This document shows, one piece after another, positions 56,909-64,000 of a stretch of DNA of 64,000 bases. The stretch's first letter is position 1. Each line of letters starts with the position of its first letter. The translations under genes were made by a program, and so were the position numbers. The notes beneath the pieces are model-generated. The model did no database searches and was not told where the DNA came from. It saw only the letters and a list, made by a program, of their open reading frames with translations. The DNA is taken from the sequence record MH791411.1, one strand, 5' to 3'.

Positions 56909-56936
56909 ATTATAGCACCAAAAACGTCTTTGTCCC
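56909..56936 (-). promoter_or_regulatory. Phage promoter GGGACA-N16-TATAAT
   Basis: Upstream of gp55-47-46. Confidence 0.8.
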
Positions 56937-56939
56937 ACG

Positions 56940-56947
56940 TATAAATA
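56940..56947 (+). promoter_or_regulatory. Late promoter TATAAATA
   Basis: Exact consensus upstream of the baseplate operon. Confidence 0.75.
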
Positions 56948-56982
56948 CATCAAATGTTCCCTTCTTATGGAGAATCAAAAAG

Positions 56983-57714
56983 ATGATTGATCGTAGAATC
57001 CGATTAAGACCTAAAACCGCAGGTGCTAACTATGTGTATGGTGATTTTGGCAACAGTTCAGAACCAACATTGCTATCGTTTCTGCGTCCAACAAATGGTT
57101 TGGTTTGGACTGTAACCCCAACTGTAACTGAACAAAGGTCGGTTCAATATGAAACACAGTCCCCTATACATACTAACAGTAACTACAACAACTACAAGAA
57201 TACAACAAACACTGTTTTCACTATTCAAGGTGAGTTTTATGCGAACACTGCTGCTGAAGCAATGTATGCATTGGCTTGTGTTCATTTTATTCGTTCCGTG
57301 TCCTTAATGGACTTTGGTCGTCAAGCAGCATCTGCTAATAATCCCGAACTAGCAATTGCAGGTGCACCACCGCCAATTTTACTATTAAGTGGGTATGGTC
57401 GTTATACATATAATGATATTCCTGTTATTTTGAAAGCATATAATTTTACATATCCAAATGATGTTTCTTACATTCAGGTTCCATTGAATAGTAGTGATAG
57501 TACTTTTAATTTATCTGATATGGATAGTCGTAAATTCTTCGAACAGCTTAGAAGTACTGGATATATGAATCCACAAGATGAGGTATGGGTTCCACAGAAA
57601 ATATCGGTAACGCTTCAACTTGAAGAACAACCAACATCTGATTACATGACTAAAAAGTTCAACCTAAATGCATTTAAGCGTGGTGAACTATTACGTAATG
57701 GAGGATTTATCTAA
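56983..57714 (+). CDS. Baseplate/tail-tube initiator-type protein
   Basis: First gene of the baseplate operon; GAPPPILLLSGYG..YNDIPVIL..Y. Confidence 0.6.
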   Translation: MIDRRIRLRPKTAGANYVYGDFGNSSEPTLLSFLRPTNGLVWTVTPTVTEQRSVQYETQSPIHTNSNYNNYKNTTNTVFTIQGEFYANTAAEAMYALACVHFIRSVSLMDFGRQAASANNPELAIAGAPPPILLLSGYGRYTYNDIPVILKAYNFTYPNDVSYIQVPLNSSDSTFNLSDMDSRKFFEQLRSTGYMNPQDEVWVPQKISVTLQLEEQPTSDYMTKKFNLNAFKRGELLRNGGFI

Positions 57715-58028
57715 TGTCCAATTATAGTCAATACTCTCCTTATGCAAAGGTTAAACAAACGTGGTATCTTGGTTACAATTTACCACGTGATATGGTTCCT
57801 GCTGATACTGACGACTTCTATGTAATTCCATTGAAGTATGAGCATCAACCTTGGCGTTTAGCATACGAAATGTATGGTAATGAACGTCTGTATTATGTAT
57901 TTGCCCTATTGAATCCTGATATATTAGGAGAAGACCCAATATACAATTTTAATAGTGGTATCACAATTCGTGTTCCCTCAAATCAACGAGTGCAAAACTA
58001 TTTGAACGGTACTCGTAACATAGGTTAA
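57714..58028 (+). CDS. gp53: Baseplate wedge subunit (gp53-like, LysM-type)
   Basis: PWRLAYEMYG..RLYYVFALLNP...IRVP. Confidence 0.8.
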   Translation: MSNYSQYSPYAKVKQTWYLGYNLPRDMVPADTDDFYVIPLKYEHQPWRLAYEMYGNERLYYVFALLNPDILGEDPIYNFNSGITIRVPSNQRVQNYLNGTRNIG

Positions 58029-58039
58029 TGGAGTAAAGT

Positions 58040-60295
58040 ATGGCAGATTTACAAAGTTCTGTTGATAATTTTAAAAATGATATTTCAAACATCACAAGTT
58101 CTGCAAAGGCAGCAAAAGAAACTGCAACAAGTACTATTGAAAGCTTAAAAGCCACTGCTAATACTTTGCAAAATGATCTTGAAAAAGTAAAAAACAATTT
58201 TAAAGCTAAGGTTAGTAACGTACAGTCTTTACCAAAGCAAAGTGCAAGCGTTGACCAAGTGTATGAAGACTTGGATCTAAGTGAGTTTGTTATTCCTTAT
58301 GACAATAAATTGTTAAAGTATGACAATCCAACTTGGCACTTTTCCCTTTTCGCATTAGACAAGGATGATTTCAAAAACTTCTGGCTTTACCCAGATGCTG
58401 AAGTTCAACGTCATGTCATCTCTGAAAGTGGTGTAACTGGAAAGTATAATATCACAAGTGTTCAGATGACGCAAGCTGGTCCTTCAACTCCAGGGATGAC
58501 AACCAACTATTGCTTCAACACAGCAGTACTGAACCTTTCAGAAAACAATAGTATGAGTTTATATGATGAACTAATTTCTTTAAGTAATAAACTAAGGTAT
58601 CATAAGTTCATGGACTTACCTTTAATATTAGAATTGAAATTTATTGGATTCAATACTAATGGTGTACCTGAAACTATACCAGAAACAACTCGTAAATGGT
58701 CCGTGAAGATTAACAGTGTTACCGCTAGTGCATCACAAAGTGGTAGTACTATGATGTATTCTATGAGTCTTGTTCATAACCGTACTGCTCTAGTGGATAA
58801 CGTTGAATGGACTCTTAAAGAACCATTTAACTGCACAGCAGAAAACTTTGGTGATTTTTGTTTTGATTTGGAAGATAAATTGAATCAAATGGCAGACCAA
58901 CAATATGGTTATTTGCGTTATAAATTTGGTGAGTTAGCAGAAGGGAAGTTCTTTGAATTTAAAGTTGCACCAGATTTACAGGATTTGTTTATAAACTATG
59001 ATTCTAAACAGATGGCAGAAGCTGGAGCTACAAAAAGTGGTGCACAGGGTTCTAAAAACTTTTCATGGAATCCAAGTACTCCAATTTCTCGAATTATCGA
59101 TGACGTAATAGATACCTGTACTGTACAGGCTGATGATAGTACTAGTGTTCGTCAATTTGTTAATATAATCCCACTTAAACAGTATGTTGGATTTGATAAT
59201 TACCGAAACACGTCAGTTTATAAAGTTGTTTTCTATATAGTTCGTTTTAAAATTGGTGATATTGTTCATGAATCCGATTTACAGCCAGAAAACTTTACAT
59301 TTGAGTATTTCTTTGAAAATGCCGAGAAATATGTAGACCCAAATGACCAAAAACCAAAGATTAACATGAAAACTTACAATTATCAGTTTAGTGGACTCAA
59401 TAGTGAGATTCTAGACCTTGATTTGAAGTTTGACCAGCAATTCTTTGTGGCTACAACTCGTAACCCTGGACCAATACAGGATGTTGCTAACCACGCTGGT
59501 ACTCATACCTCCCAAGAATTGAATATACAAGGGGTTCAGTACAACAGTATACCAGATGCATGGGCAAAAACAAGTGATTTACGCGTTACACGTGATCTTG
59601 GTGGTATGTTAACACAGGCCCAGGAACAACTACTCAATAAAGTTGAAACTTTAGCAAAAGAACAAATGCAAGTTGGTAATGCTGAAGAACAGGATCGTTA
59701 TAATAACTATCAAGTAAACGTTCTACCACAGTATATTGAAGATTATGTAACCACATATGAAGAAAATGACGGTGGAACCGATGGAATTGGTCATCGATAT
59801 GGTGAAGTGTTTACAATGCCGACTGAAGCAACAAATAATGAAACAACATTGTCTGCATCATTGAACGATAACAGTAGCACATATGAAATGGATCGCCGTA
59901 AAATTCGTGACAACTATTACAATCGTCCATTCTTGTGTAAATTGGATATGCGTGTTGTTGGTGACCCATTCTGGTTGGGTTGGAGTGATTATTCATATAT
60001 CCAATATCTTGAACAGGTAATTAATGGGGAAGATATGGAAATTAATCCCGAAGATTACCATGTTGCTAACTATATTACATCTGAAGCATATCTTTTATTG
60101 AAATTACAACCTGTGGTTTCTATAAATGATAATACTGGTGTTCTTGATATTAATACACCAACTACATTTAACCAAACTGTATATCGTGTTAACAAAATTG
60201 TTCATGATTTTGGTGCAGGTGGTTCATTTACACAACAAATTCAGGCTGCAATTGTAATTCGTGCACTCAAACGTCACGATAGTATAATTGAATAA
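58040..60295 (+). CDS. Baseplate hub protein (gp27/VgrG-N-like)
   Basis: Between gp53 and the spike; C-terminal VVGDPFW...YRVNKIVHDF..GSFTQ. Confidence 0.65.
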   Translation: MADLQSSVDNFKNDISNITSSAKAAKETATSTIESLKATANTLQNDLEKVKNNFKAKVSNVQSLPKQSASVDQVYEDLDLSEFVIPYDNKLLKYDNPTWHFSLFALDKDDFKNFWLYPDAEVQRHVISESGVTGKYNITSVQMTQAGPSTPGMTTNYCFNTAVLNLSENNSMSLYDELISLSNKLRYHKFMDLPLILELKFIGFNTNGVPETIPETTRKWSVKINSVTASASQSGSTMMYSMSLVHNRTALVDNVEWTLKEPFNCTAENFGDFCFDLEDKLNQMADQQYGYLRYKFGELAEGKFFEFKVAPDLQDLFINYDSKQMAEAGATKSGAQGSKNFSWNPSTPISRIIDDVIDTCTVQADDSTSVRQFVNIIPLKQYVGFDNYRNTSVYKVVFYIVRFKIGDIVHESDLQPENFTFEYFFENAEKYVDPNDQKPKINMKTYNYQFSGLNSEILDLDLKFDQQFFVATTRNPGPIQDVANHAGTHTSQELNIQGVQYNSIPDAWAKTSDLRVTRDLGGMLTQAQEQLLNKVETLAKEQMQVGNAEEQDRYNNYQVNVLPQYIEDYVTTYEENDGGTDGIGHRYGEVFTMPTEATNNETTLSASLNDNSSTYEMDRRKIRDNYYNRPFLCKLDMRVVGDPFWLGWSDYSYIQYLEQVINGEDMEINPEDYHVANYITSEAYLLLKLQPVVSINDNTGVLDINTPTTFNQTVYRVNKIVHDFGAGGSFTQQIQAAIVIRALKRHDSIIE

Positions 60296-60308
60296 GGAAT
60301 AATTTAAG

Positions 60309-62972
60309 ATGGCAGATACAAGTAAGAAATATGCCCAACAACAGTTGGGTCGTTTTGACCCTTCGTATCCACAACTAGCAACCGTGATGGATAACCGTGA
60401 CCCAACTAAATCCGGTAAGCTAAAAGTGTGGATTCAAGGTTCACAAAGTGATAAAAATTCAAAAGAGTCATGGATTGAAGCATCATACATGTCTCCATTC
60501 GCTGGTAAAACTCCAGGGATACCAAGTGCTGATGCTTATGGTCAATATCCAAAGGGATATGGTTTTTGGGCGGTTCCACCTGATGTCGGATGTACTGTTG
60601 TTGTTATATTTGCACAAGCAAGAACATTCCAAGCGTATTGGATTGGTTGTGTTTATGACCAACGTATGAATACGATGGTTCCTGGGATGGCTACTGAAAT
60701 AAGCAACTATGCTGGTACTGATATGCCATTACCCGTAACTGATTATGACCGTAATACAATTTCTACCAGTACTCAAGACAAATATGCAAACGTTCCAATT
60801 ATTGCAGGTCTGAAAAAACAAAACTTACTTTATGATGAGGAAGCGGGTGTTGCTAACCGTAGCAGTACTCGCCAGACCACCAGTACTGTTTATGGTCTTT
60901 CCTCACCTCGTGGTAACAGTTTTATTATTGATGATGGTTACACAGAAGAAGAATTAACAGCACCTACATGGGATCAAGATCCAGATGGTTATCAGGATAC
61001 CCAATTCAATAACCCAGTGAACGATACTCGTGTTGGTTCTCGTAAAAATGAAGGCGTTGTAATTAAAACACGTAGTGGTGCACAGTTGTTGTTATCTGAA
61101 GCCTCTGGTGATGTTCTTTTAATTAACCGTGATGGTACTGCACGTATTAAATTCACTGGTGAAGGTGATATTGAAATGCACTGTGATAAGAATATTAACA
61201 TTCGTGCAGGTCAAGATATTAACATGGTTGCTGGACGCTCATATAATATTGAAAGTGGAGCAGACTTCAATGCTCGTGTTGGTGCAAACACTAAACTAGA
61301 TTTGGTTGGTGCATTGGATGCTAAAGTTGGTGGTCAGGTTGTTATTAACGCTGGAGCAGATTTACGTTTAGTAACAGCAGCTTCATTACGTATGCAAAGT
61401 GGTAGCAGTACTGATATAACTGCTGGTTCTAATGCGTCAATCTCTGCTGCTACCAGTGCTAATCTTATTGGTTCTTCATCAGCTATTATTAGTGGTGGTG
61501 GTCAAACTCTTACTGTTAACAGTGGTGGTAATAGTGGTACTGCTGAATTTAATGCACCAAACTTCCGCACCCCATCTGCTGGCTTGAATGATCATATACA
61601 TGATATATCGGCTTGGGTTGATGCTGAGAATCACGGCAGTACTGTTGAACCTCCACGTCAAGGTGGTGGTAGTGGGAATAGTGAATCCCCAGTTCAACCT
61701 GAACCTGCTAATGATGTAGCTCCAACTTTAGCTCCAGTACAGGACACTGAAGCAATTCAATATGTAAATTATACAACAGAAACAGAACAAGTTCAAACAC
61801 AAGATTTAATGACTTCTGATCCTGGTATGACTGGTTATAGCATTACGTATGAAGGTCTTCATATGTTCATGCCGTGTAGTGGAACCATTCGCCAATACGG
61901 TTATTGGGGGAAAGGTGTCCCGACTAGTGGTGGTGGTAAAGCTGATAGAAGTGGCTGGGAAATACAGTGCAAGGGTGATGTTGTAGCTCCAGATGGCGGT
62001 GTAGTTGTTATCACTAATGGTGCTTTATTGGTTCAACATAAGTCTGGATATAAATCTGTATTTTATAATATTCAATCAGATTTGCTCAATAAAGACGTTG
62101 TTCAAAAAGGTCAAGTTATCGGTAAAGCTAATGGTGTTATTCAATTTGAAATAAGAGTTACCTCTGCCAACGTACTAGGATTTAGTGGTTCAGTTGACCC
62201 TGGATTATTCTATGCATCCCAGACTGGTACAGGTTCTGAAGCGGGAAATAAAACATTAATTGCAGGACAAGCAACGAACCAAGCAGCACCGAAAGCTGTT
62301 GTTCAACCTTCTGTTGATAGTGATGAATTAGTTGTAACAACTAAAATTAAAACTATCGGTACTGGGTATTCTCAACGTGGTTCTCGTCATGTCCCTCGTC
62401 GTAGAAGAACACAACGTTCAGGTGGTACTCCAGCACCCACTGCACAAGAATCATACAATGTGGGTAATGTTGATAAGACTGCAATTGATTGGAAAGTTGT
62501 TCCAGGTGATTCACAATTTATTTCTGAATTGAAAGAATATGAAGGAACAATGGCGTATCAACAAGCTAAAGGATATTACCGCAATGGTAAATTCTGGAGA
62601 TATTTGGACAGTCGTGGGTTCCCAACCATCGGCTACGGACACTTGATCGTTGGTGGTGAAAACTTCTCTGGTGGGATTACCGAACAGGAAGCCAATGATA
62701 TGTTGGTGCGTGATAGTAGTAAGGCTATATATGACGCAAAATCCATTTACGCTTCTTATAAGATGAAAACACCTTACATGGCACAACAAGTTCTATGTCA
62801 AATGGTATTCCAGATGGGTAAAGGTGGTGTAATGAAATTTAAGTCAATGCTATCTGAAATGGCTAAAGGTAACTACAAGCAAGCTGCTGCTCAAATTCGA
62901 AATTCAGCTTGGTATCGTCAAACTACACGCCGTGCTGAATTAATGGCACGTAGATTAGAGGCATGTCAATAA
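60309..62972 (+). CDS. gp5: Central spike (gp5-like): OB fold, beta-helix, HxH apex, degenerate M23-like domain, C-terminal lysozyme
   Basis: DPTKSGKLKVWI, VPPDVG, TRSGAQ, beta-helix repeats, DHIHD, E..D..GFPTIGYGHL, FQMGKGGVMKF. Confidence 0.85.
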   Translation: MADTSKKYAQQQLGRFDPSYPQLATVMDNRDPTKSGKLKVWIQGSQSDKNSKESWIEASYMSPFAGKTPGIPSADAYGQYPKGYGFWAVPPDVGCTVVVIFAQARTFQAYWIGCVYDQRMNTMVPGMATEISNYAGTDMPLPVTDYDRNTISTSTQDKYANVPIIAGLKKQNLLYDEEAGVANRSSTRQTTSTVYGLSSPRGNSFIIDDGYTEEELTAPTWDQDPDGYQDTQFNNPVNDTRVGSRKNEGVVIKTRSGAQLLLSEASGDVLLINRDGTARIKFTGEGDIEMHCDKNINIRAGQDINMVAGRSYNIESGADFNARVGANTKLDLVGALDAKVGGQVVINAGADLRLVTAASLRMQSGSSTDITAGSNASISAATSANLIGSSSAIISGGGQTLTVNSGGNSGTAEFNAPNFRTPSAGLNDHIHDISAWVDAENHGSTVEPPRQGGGSGNSESPVQPEPANDVAPTLAPVQDTEAIQYVNYTTETEQVQTQDLMTSDPGMTGYSITYEGLHMFMPCSGTIRQYGYWGKGVPTSGGGKADRSGWEIQCKGDVVAPDGGVVVITNGALLVQHKSGYKSVFYNIQSDLLNKDVVQKGQVIGKANGVIQFEIRVTSANVLGFSGSVDPGLFYASQTGTGSEAGNKTLIAGQATNQAAPKAVVQPSVDSDELVVTTKIKTIGTGYSQRGSRHVPRRRRTQRSGGTPAPTAQESYNVGNVDKTAIDWKVVPGDSQFISELKEYEGTMAYQQAKGYYRNGKFWRYLDSRGFPTIGYGHLIVGGENFSGGITEQEANDMLVRDSSKAIYDAKSIYASYKMKTPYMAQQVLCQMVFQMGKGGVMKFKSMLSEMAKGNYKQAAAQIRNSAWYRQTTRRAELMARRLEACQ

Positions 62973-63009
62973 ATATTTCAGTACTATAAATAATAATGAG
63001 GAAATCTTT

Positions 63010-63498
63010 ATGAGTAAATGGGAAATCAAAAATACCGACGAACAATTTTTTAAAGAAATTAAAGAATTTGAAGGTACTATTGCGTATCAGAAAAAACTTG
63101 GTTATTTTAAAAATGATAAGTTTTGGGTATATAAAGACAGTCTAGGTCTTGATACCATTGGTTACGGTCACCTTGTACTTAAGGGTGAAAGTTTCAAAAA
63201 TGGACTCACTGAAGCAGAAGCTGATGCTCTCCTTATAAAAGATGCTCAGACCGCTTACAATGACGCAAAATCAATCTATGATCAATTTGGAATGACTGCT
63301 CCAGTACAGGTTCAGCGTGTATTGTGGTTTATGGTGTTCCAAATGGGTAAATCAAAAGTTTTAAATTTCAAAAAAGCGATGGCTGCTCTCGGTCGTGGTG
63401 ATTATAAAACTGCTGGTAAAGAAATGCGTGATAGTTCGTGGTACAAACAAACCACATCCAGAGCGGAGAAGATGGCTCGCATCGTCGAATCCGTATAA
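63010..63498 (+). CDS. Phage lysozyme (T4-type), paralog of the spike C-terminal domain
   Basis: EFEG...YKDSLGLDTIGYGHL, FQMGKSKVLNFKK, SWYKQT..RA; own TATAAATA at 62985-62992. Confidence 0.9.
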   Translation: MSKWEIKNTDEQFFKEIKEFEGTIAYQKKLGYFKNDKFWVYKDSLGLDTIGYGHLVLKGESFKNGLTEAEADALLIKDAQTAYNDAKSIYDQFGMTAPVQVQRVLWFMVFQMGKSKVLNFKKAMAALGRGDYKTAGKEMRDSSWYKQTTSRAEKMARIVESV

Positions 63499-63513
63499 TA
63501 AAGGAAACACATA

Positions 63514-63909
63514 ATGGCAATTGTTTTTAAAGGTTTTTCAACTCCAGTAGTTGGAAGAACTGAAACATTGTATGACAGTGAATTGGTTCGTCAGGATTTA
63601 ATGAATCATTTCAATACAAAAAAAGGTGAACGTGCATTTGATGCTGATTATGGGTTCATTGCGTGGGATTTGCTATTTGAATTGGATGGTTATAATACAA
63701 TCAACCTTTTGGAAGCAGATGCCCGTAGAATTATTAGCTTGGACCCACGTTTAAGCTTAAAGAAACTTCAAATATCAAGAATTGAGTACGGTTATCAGAT
63801 GGATATAGTACTTGAATATGTTGTTCTCAATACTCTTGAAGAATTAACTATAGTTTTTGATGCAAGAAGTAACAACAGAATGGCTACCTATTCTGTATCA
63901 TCTTTGTAA
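63514..63909 (+). CDS. gp25: Baseplate wedge subunit (gp25-like)
   Basis: LVRQDLMNHFNTKKGER.FD..YG...DLLFE, DPR. Confidence 0.9.
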   Translation: MAIVFKGFSTPVVGRTETLYDSELVRQDLMNHFNTKKGERAFDADYGFIAWDLLFELDGYNTINLLEADARRIISLDPRLSLKKLQISRIEYGYQMDIVLEYVVLNTLEELTIVFDARSNNRMATYSVSSL

Positions 63910-63914
63910 ATTAT

Positions 63915-63944
63915 AAAAGCACTCTTCGGGGTGCTTTTCTTTTT
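63915..63944 (+). terminator. Intrinsic terminator
   Basis: AAAAGCAC-TCTTCGGG-GTGCTTTT. Confidence 0.8.
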
Positions 63945-64000
63945 GGATAAATATTTCTATATATAATTCCCAGTACTGAACTAGTACTTTACTGATTTAA

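Overview
This is an AT-rich 64-kb segment of a large T4-related myovirus, probably a jumbo phage. A gammaproteobacterial or enterobacterial host is inferred from the class Ia NrdAB, the YggL homolog and a P2/Mu-type tail-fibre tip with Tfa chaperone. The window holds the core replication/recombination genes (PolB, clamp, helicase, primase, SSB, UvsW/X/Y, gp46/47, RNase H, endo VII), gp55 late sigma, the head genes (terminase, portal, protease, scaffold, MCP), baseplate/spike genes, a holin and lysozymes. No tRNA, rRNA or CRISPR array was seen. The main unexplained signals are: (1) two late genes, the terminase large subunit and a T4-type holin, each carry a +1 frame break at or compatible with the same CGGA tetranucleotide; (2) an ORF-free, hairpin-dense ~0.5-kb region with its own promoter and terminator-like hairpin (candidate large ncRNA or origin); (3) a stand-alone Hfq/Sm-like mini-protein; (4) a 212-aa minimal DnaE-like protein retaining the three catalytic Asp motifs; (5) a degenerate terminase-ATPase paralog overlapping the terminase start; (6) a non-canonical promoter class, GRGACA-N16-TATAAT; (7) strong over-representation of AGTACT. 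All protein assignments are by motif recognition only; no database searches were run.
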